A stretch of DNA of 64,000 nt, from the IMG/VR virus record IMGVR_UViG_3300010220_000093, positions 1 to 64,000 of that record. One strand, written 5' to 3'. The stretch's first letter is position 1, and every line of letters begins with the position of its first letter. Of this stretch, positions 1-9,204 are shown piece after piece. The position numbers and the translations under genes are program-made. The DNA comes from an uncultured virus (IMG/VR IMGVR_UViG_3300010220_000093) (lineage: Duplodnaviria > Heunggongvirae > Uroviricota > Caudoviricetes). Under the pieces are notes generated by a model. It was given only the letters and a program-made list of their open reading frames with translations, made no database searches and was not told the origin of the DNA.

Positions 1-108
1 GATCGCCTGATCGCCGATCCAGTCCACCGAGATCACATGCACGGCCTGCGCCGAAGCAATGCCCCGCACGGATGCGCCGTTCTTGACGTCTTCAAGCCTT
101 GCCGTCAT
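1..108 (-). CDS. N-terminus of a probable SNF2-family helicase (type found with DUF3883/DUF1156/DUF499 systems); runs off the window
   Basis: Not in the ORF track. ATG at 108 reads MTARLEDVKNGASVRGIASAQAVHVISVDWIGDQAI..., open to the edge, 25 nt after the WYL stop. Family call is from recall of this N-terminus only. Confidence 0.55.
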   Translation of the reverse strand, partial: MTARLEDVKNGASVRGIASAQAVHVISVDWIGDQAI

Positions 109-133
109 CAGCCAGCACTTCCTTTTGGCACGT

Positions 134-997
134 TCATAGTCGAAGCCCCGCCTTCTCCAGGGCGGCCTCCGTCTCCTTGCGATTCACTGTCACAATATGC
201 TGCGTATAGGCACTCTGCTTCGCAGCATCGCCGAGCAACCCAAGCCGTTTCAGCACATAGAAAAGCATCGCATAGCGAACGGAAAGTGCCCCGTTGCCGC
301 GATCCAGCCCGTAGTCCTTCGTGACAACCTTCTTCTGGCTCTCGGTAAGGGCAGGGTGCGGCCCGATAACCACGTCGAAGAAGTTGTTCCAGAGCCAGTC
401 CTGTTCACCAGCTTCCCCTGGTTCACCCTGCGAGCCGACTTCGAGGATGCGCGGCAACAGGAAGTCCTTGAACTTGTGCTCCAGATGGCAATAGGCCCGC
501 GCGTGCCAGCGGAAACCGTCATGACCAAAGGCATGCGGCGTGATCCGTCGCCAGATGGGATCCGGCCGCACCATGTTCATTGACTGGTAGAGGACATCGA
601 TGGAAACGCCCGCGCGGACGGCATCGAGAATCTTGCGCAGCACCGTGATGTCGATGTCCCGCTTGGGTGTCAGCGCGACATCGGCGCTGGGAAGTGATGC
701 AATCCACGACTCGCTCGCGGGCATAGCGCCTTCGGTGACCGAACGAAGCTGCAAGAGGTAGGTGTAAGGATCCGGATCGAGGAAGCGCAGAACGAACTTC
801 TCGGCAGCGACATAGCGCTTGGCCCGGGTGTCATACTCCATGTTTCCGGGTGCGCGCTCCTGATAGAGCGTCAGGTCCTTCGATGCCTGAGGGACGGATA
901 CGCCAAAGAAATCTCTGACATCCGCACGGTTTATCGATCCCTCCCAGAACAGGCGGAACTCGATGAACTCTAGCCTTTGCTCGACGCCCCAGCGCAC
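134..997 (-). CDS. capW: CapW/BrxR-like wHTH-WYL-WCX transcriptional regulator
   Basis: N-terminal RLEFIEFRLFWEGSINRAD...FGVSVPQASKDL; WYL core RWHARAYC...FKDFLLPRI; divergent from CBASS. Confidence 0.85.
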   Translation of the reverse strand: MRWGVEQRLEFIEFRLFWEGSINRADVRDFFGVSVPQASKDLTLYQERAPGNMEYDTRAKRYVAAEKFVLRFLDPDPYTYLLQLRSVTEGAMPASESWIASLPSADVALTPKRDIDITVLRKILDAVRAGVSIDVLYQSMNMVRPDPIWRRITPHAFGHDGFRWHARAYCHLEHKFKDFLLPRILEVGSQGEPGEAGEQDWLWNNFFDVVIGPHPALTESQKKVVTKDYGLDRGNGALSVRYAMLFYVLKRLGLLGDAAKQSAYTQHIVTVNRKETEAALEKAGLRL

Positions 998-1033
998 TCT
1001 TGACTCCCAGTCAGAATAGAAAATATGCTGACC

Positions 1034-1066
1034 TTGACAGGTCGTATGTATAGTTCATATATGCAT
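1034..1066 (+). promoter_or_regulatory. Candidate CBASS promoter with overlapping WYL operator
   Basis: TTGACA at 1034-1039; imperfect inverted repeat ATGTATA-N7-TATGCAT at 1046-1066 over the expected -10 region. Confidence 0.55.
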
Positions 1067-1099
1067 GTTGGCACTGAGTCAACGATAAGGGTAGGGTCT

Positions 1100-1336
1100 A
1101 TGACCGACAGGTACGTTACCAGGCACCCGAGGGACTGGGCCGTGAAAGCGCCCGGGGGCGTGCGGGCGAGCAGTGTGCATTCCACGCAGCGCGACGCCGA
1201 GCAGGCCGCCAAGCAGACGGTTCGCAATCTCGGCGGCGGTGAGGTCCGTATTCATGGACGTGATGGCCGCTGGCGCAACTCCGATACCGTGCCGCCCGGC
1301 AACGATCCGAATCCGCCCCGCGACCGGAAACACTAG
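1100..1336 (+). CDS. DUF2188-family small protein
   Basis: WAVK...RAS..H.TQ..A...A...GEV.IHGRDG....D...GNDP.PPRD pattern; ATG at 1100 preferred over 1025. Confidence 0.8.
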   Translation: MTDRYVTRHPRDWAVKAPGGVRASSVHSTQRDAEQAAKQTVRNLGGGEVRIHGRDGRWRNSDTVPPGNDPNPPRDRKH

Positions 1337-1356
1337 GCGCGAGCGGGGGCACGGCG

Positions 1357-2322
1357 ATGAAACGGATCCTGACAATCGATGGTGGCGGCATCCGGGGCAC
1401 CTTCCCGGCAGCGTTTCTGGCCAATCTCGAACAGGATTTGGATCAGCCGATCGGGCGCTATTTCGACCTCATCTCCGGCACCTCGACCGGTGGCATCATC
1501 GCCATCGGCCTCGCGCTCGGCATGCGCGCTGCCGATATTCTCAAGCTCTATGAAGAACAGGGGCCGGCGATCTTCGCGCAGACGCGCGGCGGCATTGCAG
1601 GCTGGCTCGGTCGGCATCTGCGCAAAGGGCGCTGGCTGTTCTGGGGGCCGAAATACAGTGCCCAGCCGCTCCGTGATGCGCTTCATGGCGTCCTGGCGGA
1701 CCGCAGGCTTGGCGAGGCTAAAACCCGGCTTGTCATTCCCGCATGGCATCCGCAGACGCAGGGCGTCTACATCTTCAAGACCGCCCATCATCCTCGTCTT
1801 CGCACCGACTATAAGGAACTCGCCATAGACGCCGCGTTGGCCACGGCGGCGGCGCCGTCCTATTTCGCGCAGCACGTCACCGCTAATGACGTCGGGCTGG
1901 TCGATGGGGGGCTGTGGGCAAACAACCCCACCGGTATTGCTGTCGTCGAAGCGATCGCCACGCTCGGGTGGCCGGCAGACGATATCCGCGTCCTCAGCAT
2001 CGGCTGCCTCGAAGACATCAAGGTCGTGCGCGAAGCCTATGGCGCAGCCAGGCTTGCGCCACAGCTCGCCAGCCTGTTCATGGCAGGGCAGTCGCATGGC
2101 TCCCACGGCATCGCCCAGATTCTGACTGGCGATCCGCATGAGCGGCGCGCCATTTACCGGGTCTCACAGCCCGTGCCTGACGGGTTCTACTCCCTCGACG
2201 ACACCCGCCGCATCCGCAGCCTGAAAGACCGGGCATTCGCCGAGGCGCGGATTCAGAAACCCATCCTGCAACCGCAATTCTTCGGCGCGCCCGCTGAGGA
2301 ATTCGTTCCTCACTACAGGTGA
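1357..2322 (+). CDS. capV: CBASS patatin-like phospholipase effector (CapV/CapE type)
   Basis: DGGGIRG, GTSTGG (catalytic Ser) and DGGLWANNP (catalytic Asp); adjacent to the CD-NTase. Confidence 0.9.
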   Translation: MKRILTIDGGGIRGTFPAAFLANLEQDLDQPIGRYFDLISGTSTGGIIAIGLALGMRAADILKLYEEQGPAIFAQTRGGIAGWLGRHLRKGRWLFWGPKYSAQPLRDALHGVLADRRLGEAKTRLVIPAWHPQTQGVYIFKTAHHPRLRTDYKELAIDAALATAAAPSYFAQHVTANDVGLVDGGLWANNPTGIAVVEAIATLGWPADDIRVLSIGCLEDIKVVREAYGAARLAPQLASLFMAGQSHGSHGIAQILTGDPHERRAIYRVSQPVPDGFYSLDDTRRIRSLKDRAFAEARIQKPILQPQFFGAPAEEFVPHYR

Positions 2323-2326
2323 TCCC

Positions 2327-3583
2327 ATGGCCGTGCATGACAAGCGCCTCGCAAAATCGCATGACGACGTTCTGGAGGCGATGGCCGACGCGCTCGACAT
2401 CCCACCCTCGCAATTCGAGGAGGCGAAGAGCCGTTACGAGGCGATCGGCAATTGGCTCGACCGCCCGGAGTCCACGATCGCCGGATACGATCCGGCGATC
2501 TCTCCGCAAGGATCCTTCTTGCTCGGCACCGTGACACGGCCGTTCACCGATGCCGAAGAATATGACGTTGACCTCGGTTGCCGGCTCAACGCCACCAAGG
2601 CCGAGTTTACGCAGAAAAGTCTGAAGGACGCCGTTGGTTACGAGGTCGCGCTCTACGCCAAGGCGCACGGCATGACCAAACCCGAAGAGCATCGCCGCTG
2701 CTGGAGGCTCATCTATGCGGCCGGTGCGCAATTTCACTTGGATATCGTGCCGGCGCTCCCCGATGCGCAGCGCTACCAAGCTGAACTGCTGACGCACGGC
2801 TATCGCGACCTCGCCTACGATGTGGGCCTGACCGGGCAGGCGATTGCGATCACTGACAACACGCTGCCCCACTATGAGCAGCGAACCGACGATTGGCCGC
2901 AGAGCAATCCGCTCGGCTACGCTGCCTGGTTCCGCGGCCGGATGCGTATCCAGTTGGCGGTGCGTAAAAGGGCGTTCGCAGAGCATGAGAGGATCACCGC
3001 GAGCGTGGATGAAATCCCGGACTACAAGGTAAAGACTCCCTTGCAGCGCGCGATCCAGCTTCTGAAGCGCCATCGCGACTGCATGTTTGCGGAGGATGGC
3101 GAACACAAGCCGATCTCGATCATCATCACGACGCTGGCCGCGCACGCCTACAACGAGGAGCCCACCATCTCGGCGGCGCTGCAAAGCATCCTGACCGCCA
3201 TGGACCGCTACATCGAGGATCGCGGTGGCATCGCCTGGGTGTCCAACCCGGTCAACCCAACCGAGAACTTCGCCGACAAGTGGACCGAGGAACCCAGGAA
3301 GCGCGAGAACTTCTACCGCTGGCTCGATCAGGCTCGGGAGGATATTGCGATTTACCTGCGCGCAAGCACGTTCGACAAAATGCCAGCACTGCTCCGCGAG
3401 CATCTCGGCGCCAAGCTGGTCGATAGCACCATGGCGGCGGTGCTGCCCGTCGCCGTTGCCGACCTCGCTGCCCCGGCGATCGCCACCACCCTCTCCAATG
3501 CCGGGGATATGGCGCGTGCCGAGCGCGCTGTTGAATCCATCAACCGTACCGGACCTCAGTCGAAGCCTTGGGTAAGATCCTAA
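2327..3583 (+). CDS. cGAS/DncV-like nucleotidyltransferase (CD-NTase)
   Basis: QGSFLLGT...EYDVDL, HLDIVP, SNPLGYAAWF, QLLKRHRD, KPISIIITTL, NPVNPTENFADKW. Confidence 0.92.
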   Translation: MAVHDKRLAKSHDDVLEAMADALDIPPSQFEEAKSRYEAIGNWLDRPESTIAGYDPAISPQGSFLLGTVTRPFTDAEEYDVDLGCRLNATKAEFTQKSLKDAVGYEVALYAKAHGMTKPEEHRRCWRLIYAAGAQFHLDIVPALPDAQRYQAELLTHGYRDLAYDVGLTGQAIAITDNTLPHYEQRTDDWPQSNPLGYAAWFRGRMRIQLAVRKRAFAEHERITASVDEIPDYKVKTPLQRAIQLLKRHRDCMFAEDGEHKPISIIITTLAAHAYNEEPTISAALQSILTAMDRYIEDRGGIAWVSNPVNPTENFADKWTEEPRKRENFYRWLDQAREDIAIYLRASTFDKMPALLREHLGAKLVDSTMAAVLPVAVADLAAPAIATTLSNAGDMARAERAVESINRTGPQSKPWVRS

Positions 3584-4251
3584 GAAACAGCGGTGCGCTG
3601 CTCACTCTGGACGATGTCAGGGCGGCGATCGCTTTCAATCAGCCGAAGCTGCGCGCCTCGGCGTCCGGTCGGACAATTGCTGTCGAAGGTGGTTTCCTCG
3701 TCCATGAGAGGGGTATTGTCGCCGCGCCAGAGGGGCCGATTGCCGAGTTTGAAATCAGGATCGAGTTGACGGATCGCTTTCCGCAACACGAGCCCAAGGT
3801 GTTCGAGATTGGCGGCAGAATCCCGCGCGAGGACAAGCGGCATATCAATGGCGGCGGCGACTGTTGCGTGACGGTTTGGGAGCACTGGCTCGCTACCGCC
3901 AGTGATCATTCCATAGCGAGTTATATCGATGGTCCGCTGCACGAGTATTTTCTCGGACAATTCTGCTTCGAACAAACCGGACGATGGCCTTTTGGCGAAC
4001 GACCACATGGATACGCCGGGCTCCAGGAAGCCTTTACCGATGCGTTGGGGATCCCGAACAAGAAGGAAAGCCTGCTCTACCATTTACGGCTCTTGGCCCA
4101 GGACTGGCCGAAGGGTCACTGGCTTTGCCCTTGCGGCAGCGGCGCGCTGCTGCGCCGTTGCCATCGCGACGACATAGCGGCCATGCACAGGAGAATCCCG
4201 CAGCCTGTTGCCCGCCAGATGCTAAAGAGAATGAAGACCGATGGCCGGTAA
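3568..4251 (+). CDS. Prokaryotic E2-like protein with C-terminal SEC-C Zn motif (short type II CBASS accessory)
   Basis: FEIRIEL...FP..EPKV...RHINGGGDCC resembles the E2 active-site region; CPCGSG..LRRCH is SEC-C-like; overlaps the CD-NTase end; TTG start uncertain. Confidence 0.75.
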   Translation: MGKILRNSGALLTLDDVRAAIAFNQPKLRASASGRTIAVEGGFLVHERGIVAAPEGPIAEFEIRIELTDRFPQHEPKVFEIGGRIPREDKRHINGGGDCCVTVWEHWLATASDHSIASYIDGPLHEYFLGQFCFEQTGRWPFGERPHGYAGLQEAFTDALGIPNKKESLLYHLRLLAQDWPKGHWLCPCGSGALLRRCHRDDIAAMHRRIPQPVARQMLKRMKTDGR

Positions 4252-4389
4252 GCTTGCCTGTCATCGGCAGTGCGAAGTTTGTCCACGACGGCGGAGTAAA
4301 GGCAGACTGGCTAGAAAGGGAAGCCAGCCCCACATAGCTGGTTCGTATGACGCTTACGGAGTTTGCCCCCCAAACTTACCCGGCGCAAG

Positions 4390-5487
4390 TCAGATGTTTG
4401 TCTGGCCTCGTTCCGATAGCAGCGCCAGCAGGGCGGGGTTGATGTAGAGGTTTTCTCGTCCGACCTTTACTTCCTCCAGCAGTCCTTCGGAGACCATCGC
4501 CTTGAGGTAGGTCGCCGCTGTCTGGCGTTTGGCGACGCCCGAGTCGACGAGATCGCTGATCCGGCAATAGGGGTTCACGAAGATCAGTTCGACCAGTTCA
4601 CGGGAATAAATCTTGGGCAGGTTCTGCCGCATGTGCTCGGCAGTCCGTTCCAACAGGTCGCGGATCGACTGAATCCGGTTTGTCGTCCATAGGGCCGTTG
4701 TCCTGACCGCCTCCAGCATGAACAGCACCCACTGTTCCCAGGCTCCCTGCTTGGTGACCTCCAGCAGATACCTGTAGTAGATCGGCTTGTTCTGAATGAT
4801 GTGGCGGCTGAGATAGAGCACCGGAATGTCCAGTAGTCCCTTGTCCACCAGATAGAGCAGGTTCAGCACCCGCCCCGTGCGGCCGTTGCCGTCGACGAAG
4901 GGATGGATGGCCTCGAACTGATAGTGCATCACCGCGAGACGGATCAGCGGATCGGTGTCCTCGGCCTCATGGATGTAGTGCTCCCAGTTGGCGAGTTTTT
5001 CGCGCAGCAGGTCCTCGCCTTCCGGCGGGGTGTAGATCACAGCCCCGGTGGCATTGTTCATCAGGGCGGTTCCGGGCGTATTTCGGATGTCGAGCTCCAC
5101 CCCCTTGATTGTCCGGCACACTTCGACGGCGATCGCCGTCGAGAGCGGGCGCTGCTTCAACATGCCGAAGCCACGGTTCAGGGCGGTACGGTAGCGCAGG
5201 GCCTCCTTGGTCGCGGGGTCGGCCTGGCCTCCAGTATCATTGGCAAAGCGGAACAGCCGGTCGGTGGTGGTGACGATGTTCTCGATCTCGGAACTCGCCT
5301 GGGCTTCGAGGAGGGGAATCGAGTTGATCAGGACCGCCTGGTTGGGGATGATCTGCCCGGAGACCCGCAGTTCCGCCAGAGCGGCCCGCGCCCCGATGCA
5401 CGCTTTGAGCACGGCCTTGGTCTCGACATCCTGCGCCGGTGGCAGGGCAGGGAGGTCGTTGAACGGACGGTCTGGACGGAAAGTCAT
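4390..5487 (-). CDS. fic: Fic-family protein adenylyltransferase with C-terminal wHTH
   Basis: HPFVDGNGRTGR motif; inhibitory-helix-like SSEIEN; start refined to ATG 5487 (MTFRPDRPFNDLP). Confidence 0.9.
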   Translation of the reverse strand: MTFRPDRPFNDLPALPPAQDVETKAVLKACIGARAALAELRVSGQIIPNQAVLINSIPLLEAQASSEIENIVTTTDRLFRFANDTGGQADPATKEALRYRTALNRGFGMLKQRPLSTAIAVEVCRTIKGVELDIRNTPGTALMNNATGAVIYTPPEGEDLLREKLANWEHYIHEAEDTDPLIRLAVMHYQFEAIHPFVDGNGRTGRVLNLLYLVDKGLLDIPVLYLSRHIIQNKPIYYRYLLEVTKQGAWEQWVLFMLEAVRTTALWTTNRIQSIRDLLERTAEHMRQNLPKIYSRELVELIFVNPYCRISDLVDSGVAKRQTAATYLKAMVSEGLLEEVKVGRENLYINPALLALLSERGQTNI

Positions 5488-5584
5488 GTCGATTACCTGC
5501 TCTCTGATCGACACGAGAATCCGACGTGTCGACGTAATCGACATATCGGGATAACGTGTCGATGCTTTCAACATCTATCGACAT
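5486..5584. repeat. Nested palindromic array of six TGTCGA/TCGACA boxes upstream of fic
   Basis: TGTCGA at 5487, 5527, 5557; TCGACA at 5508, 5538, 5578; all symmetric about 5535. Confidence 0.8.
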
Positions 5585-5754
5585 ATAATGGGTGGGGCAA
5601 GTGGCACGGCAGCGAACTCAAACGTCTTCGTGGAATGACCGAGTGAGCATATCAGGGGACGGCTGACACTACGCCGGATCGCCAGCCAGAGACTTCCCAC
5701 GGGATGGGCTGCCTACGCGATTGCTTGAAATAGAACAGTATGTTACGCTACGCT

Positions 5755-5817
5755 GCAAGCTTCGGGATTTGTTGCTCGACCAATCGCAAGTATCGTTGGT
5801 TGCGCGCCCCGCAACCA
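5755..5817 (+). repeat. att-like direct repeat copy 1, ending in tRNA-Met-like CCCCGCAACCA
   Basis: Near-identical to 22631-22694; internal inverted repeat TGGTTGCG/CGCAACCA. Confidence 0.8.
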
Positions 5818-6057
5818 GTCCTAGCTACGCTAGACTCCTCCAAACTACGATCTGCTACGGTCCGCTACGCCGCTGAATACGCAGGTTCAAATCGGGTGTG
5901 CTGCGCTGTGATCGGAAAGCCAGGCCCCGAAGGCGCTTTTGTGCTTTGATCTTTCCCGATAATCCCGCCGTCCGTGACTATCGGAAGGCAAGTAACGAGA
6001 CCTACCCACACCGGATTTCGATGGCGCAGTATGCGGAACCGGAACGGCCCGGCCCGG

Positions 6058-9000
6058 TCAGGCCGTTGAGGCCAGCGTGATCGTTCCCGTCTCGAACCAC
6101 AGAATGGCGACCTGATCCGCGCGGCTTGCCTCGGCATAGGCGGCAAGCTGGGGCCAATAGGTTGCAAAGCGGGCGTCTAGGTCCGGGACATGGCCGCTCT
6201 TATAATCCATGATCATGCGCCCGGCCGGACCTTCAGCCAGCAGATCGATGATGCCGTTCATGCCAGCGCCCTCATCATCACGCAGATGCAGCGGTAGTTC
6301 GGTGTGCAGTTGGTCAAAGCCTTGGCCCCGCAGCCAGTGACGTAGCGCCTCGGCTTGGGATGCGACATCGGCGACCTCGTCCGGCGTCAACCCGGTGGCG
6401 GCGGCGACCTCGTTCCCGTTCCCCGGCGCCATCAGAGCGGCACGCATCGCCAGATGCAGCGCTGTGCCGCGATCTGTCGCGCTGGCGAAAACGCTGCCGA
6501 CCGTCACGCGCGGCAGGCCGGTGAGGTGACGTAAGGGGCCATGGCGCGTGGCGGCCGTGGTCAGACCCGAGGGCAGTTGCCGCCATGCCCGTGCCGAGAC
6601 CGCAGGCAGCGGCGCCGGTGTGCCCCAACGCCACCAGCCCGGCCAGGCGCCGGGTACGATCTCTCCGAACCCGTCCAGAGTCGCGTCGGGACACAGGATT
6701 ACCCGCGTGGGTAGGCTTTCGTCGCCAACCTTCAGCGCGGTGGCGGTCATCGTCATCCCAGCATCGCGCCGGATCAGTGCGGCACAGGTGACTGGCGGTT
6801 CTGAGCCGTCCAGCTTGGCAAAGAGATATTCGGGCCAGGCCAGCGTCAGCCGGTCGCGGGCGCGGGTGGTGGCGACATAGATCAGCCGGTGCGCGTCCTT
6901 TTCAAAGCTGTCGCGGTCGGCCTCGATCATCGCCTCCTGCTTTTCCGGTACCGGGGTCTCGGGCAGCAGGTGCAGCCCGGCGCGGGTCAGCACCTCGGCC
7001 AGATCGTCGAAATCGGGAAAGGCCGCGCGCATGGTGCCGGGTCGGGTGCGGATGTCGCCGTCCAGCCCGGTGACGATGGTCCAGTTCCACTCGCGGCCTT
7101 TCGAGGCGTGCCAGGTGACGACCTCGACCCCATCTGCTCCGGCGCCGGGATCGGGATGCCGATCAAAGTCGCGGCCGCCGGCTTCCTGCGACAACCAGCC
7201 CCGAAACACCGGCGCCGTCTCGCCATGGAAGCCCGCGGTAACCTTCATGTCGCGATGCGCGTCCAGAAATGCCGCGACCTCGGACTCGAGCCGCAACAGG
7301 TCGGCGCGGGACTGGGCGGGGTCAGGCTGACCCTCGGCCCAGTCGCGCAGGCCGGTGGTCTGGATCACCCGGTCCATGACCAGATCCAGTGGTGCGGCGC
7401 GCGCCAGATCGCATAGGCCCGCCAGCGCAGCCAGAAGCGGATGCCGTGCCAGATCACCGGCCAGCAACATTGCCAGTGCCTGTTCCAGCGGAAGCGCGGG
7501 GGGACCCAGCGTCAGCAGCGCCAGCCCGGAATGCAGATCTTCCGGATCAAAGGCGAAACAGGCTGCGTTCAATGCCGCCTGCACCACCGAAGATTGTAGC
7601 CAGCCACCTTCGGCGATCCGCACCGGCACGCCCAATTGCCGCAATGCCCTTGCGTGCTGCGACGCCTGCGTATGCGAGCGGCAGAGCACTGCCACATCGG
7701 CCGGCCGCATCCCCCGCAACTGCCCGGAATGGCGATCGACGATCTGCGCGCCTTCGGCCAGCACATCGCGGATATGCGCTGCGACATGCTGCCAGGGCTT
7801 TGCCTTGTTACCGCGTGCCCTAGGGCCGCTTTGCAGGCGCAGTACCTCGATGGCCGGGGTCTGGCCGGTTTCGTTGCGCTGCGGGGTCAAGGCGGTATAG
7901 CCCGACCCGAACGCCTTGCGGCCAAGTGCGTTGACGAAGCCCATGATGCGCGGATCGCTGCGCCAGTTGCGGTCCAGCGCCTCGACTCGGTCCGGGTGCT
8001 GCTCGACCAGCGCCTCGGTCAGCCGGGGGTCGGCACCCTGAAAGCCCATGATCGACTGCTTGATGTCGCCAACCAGCACCACCCGCGGCGCGCGCTGCGC
8101 GAGCCGCCACAGCAGAGCGAACTGCACCGGATTGGTGTCCTGAAATTCGTCTACGATCACGCAGTCGATCTCGGCCAGCACGGCATCCAGCACCTCGGGG
8201 CGGGTGCGTAGCAAGCGCTCGGCATCGACGATCATGTCGGCAAAGTCGATCACCCCTGCCGCGCGCTTGGTTGCGGCGAATTCGGCCATGATCTCTTGCG
8301 CGCCACGGATCAGGGCCGAGGCATGGTCGCAGATATCGGCCAGCGGGCCGGGATGGCGCAGCAGGCCATCGGCTGCATCCATCACCGTCTGGGCGGCGCT
8401 ATCATAGCCTTCGGGCGTCGCGGCGCCGCGCTTGGATTGCCGCAATCCCCGCAACTGCTGCCACAACGGCCAGTCCCATGCCAACGCATCCGAGTTCAGC
8501 GCGCGGCGCAGGTTCCGAAGATCGCGGGCGAACTCCTTGTTGGCCGACGCGCTGAAATCCAGATCAGTGCACCCCGAGGGGAAGGTGCGCAGTATCGCCT
8601 GCACCGCGTCGCGCAGCTTGGCCTCGAGCGGGACGCCGTCGCGGTCCACCTTGCCGTAAAGGCTGCGGGTGGCGAGGGCCAGTTCATCGGCAAGGTCCGG
8701 CGCTGTCCCCCGGTCGCCAAGGCTGCGCAGCAGGTCGATCACGCCGAACAGCCGGGCGCGGAAGGCATCCTCGGCGGAGGTCTTGCTGTTGAAATCGAAG
8801 CGATAGCCAAAGCGCGGCAGGTCGGCCCGGACCTGATCCAGTACCCGGCAGCGGGCGATGCATTGCCGGATCATCACGTCGCGTTCCGGGTCCGACAGGT
8901 GGCGTGGGCTGACCGAACTGCCGGCGGCAAAGGCATGTTCGCCCAGCAGCCGAAGCCCCAATCCGTGAATGGTGGAGACATAGGCGCGCTCGACCGCCAT

Positions 9001-9204
9001 GGCGGCCTCGACCTTGCCGGCGGCCATCAGCGTAAAGCGGATGCGGTCGCGCAATTCCCCGGCCGCCGCCTCCGTAAAGGTTACTGCTAGGATGCGGTCG
9101 GGACGCACCAGTCCCTGTTCGACCCAATCGGCAAGATCGGTCTTGATGCGATAGGTCTTGCCCGAGCCGGCGCCGGCTGGAAGGATCTTCAGGCTCTGGT
9201 TCAT
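6058..9204 (-). CDS. AddA/UvrD-like SF1 helicase with C-terminal PD-(D/E)XK nuclease
   Basis: AGAGSGKT, TFTEAAAGE, VDEFQD, VGDIKQSI, NWRS, TWHASKGREW, YVATTRARD; nuclease GIIDLL..MDYKSG..QLAAY. Confidence 0.9.
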   Translation of the reverse strand: MNQSLKILPAGAGSGKTYRIKTDLADWVEQGLVRPDRILAVTFTEAAAGELRDRIRFTLMAAGKVEAAMAVERAYVSTIHGLGLRLLGEHAFAAGSSVSPRHLSDPERDVMIRQCIARCRVLDQVRADLPRFGYRFDFNSKTSAEDAFRARLFGVIDLLRSLGDRGTAPDLADELALATRSLYGKVDRDGVPLEAKLRDAVQAILRTFPSGCTDLDFSASANKEFARDLRNLRRALNSDALAWDWPLWQQLRGLRQSKRGAATPEGYDSAAQTVMDAADGLLRHPGPLADICDHASALIRGAQEIMAEFAATKRAAGVIDFADMIVDAERLLRTRPEVLDAVLAEIDCVIVDEFQDTNPVQFALLWRLAQRAPRVVLVGDIKQSIMGFQGADPRLTEALVEQHPDRVEALDRNWRSDPRIMGFVNALGRKAFGSGYTALTPQRNETGQTPAIEVLRLQSGPRARGNKAKPWQHVAAHIRDVLAEGAQIVDRHSGQLRGMRPADVAVLCRSHTQASQHARALRQLGVPVRIAEGGWLQSSVVQAALNAACFAFDPEDLHSGLALLTLGPPALPLEQALAMLLAGDLARHPLLAALAGLCDLARAAPLDLVMDRVIQTTGLRDWAEGQPDPAQSRADLLRLESEVAAFLDAHRDMKVTAGFHGETAPVFRGWLSQEAGGRDFDRHPDPGAGADGVEVVTWHASKGREWNWTIVTGLDGDIRTRPGTMRAAFPDFDDLAEVLTRAGLHLLPETPVPEKQEAMIEADRDSFEKDAHRLIYVATTRARDRLTLAWPEYLFAKLDGSEPPVTCAALIRRDAGMTMTATALKVGDESLPTRVILCPDATLDGFGEIVPGAWPGWWRWGTPAPLPAVSARAWRQLPSGLTTAATRHGPLRHLTGLPRVTVGSVFASATDRGTALHLAMRAALMAPGNGNEVAAATGLTPDEVADVASQAEALRHWLRGQGFDQLHTELPLHLRDDEGAGMNGIIDLLAEGPAGRMIMDYKSGHVPDLDARFATYWPQLAAYAEASRADQVAILWFETGTITLASTA

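Noticed and set aside
2078..3403. 441-aa minus-strand ORF
   Set aside because: Antisense to the CD-NTase and effector; no motifs. The same applies to 32659-34320, 40184-41335, 44667-46166 and 56924-58537.
3562..3583. Frameshift fusion of CD-NTase to E2 (one extra G would give KPWG-KILRN)
   Set aside because: No slippery heptamer; a simple overlapping start explains it. Read-level checking could exclude a sequencing error.
5486..5584. CRISPR-like array (also considered for 53316-53460)
   Set aside because: Repeats are 6-9 bp in mixed orientation, spacers are not CRISPR-sized, and there are no cas genes.
5790..5895. Possible tRNA gene (CCCCGCAACCA and a nearby GCAGGTTCAAATC)
   Set aside because: The elements are in the wrong order and no cloverleaf forms; kept only as an att-like remnant.
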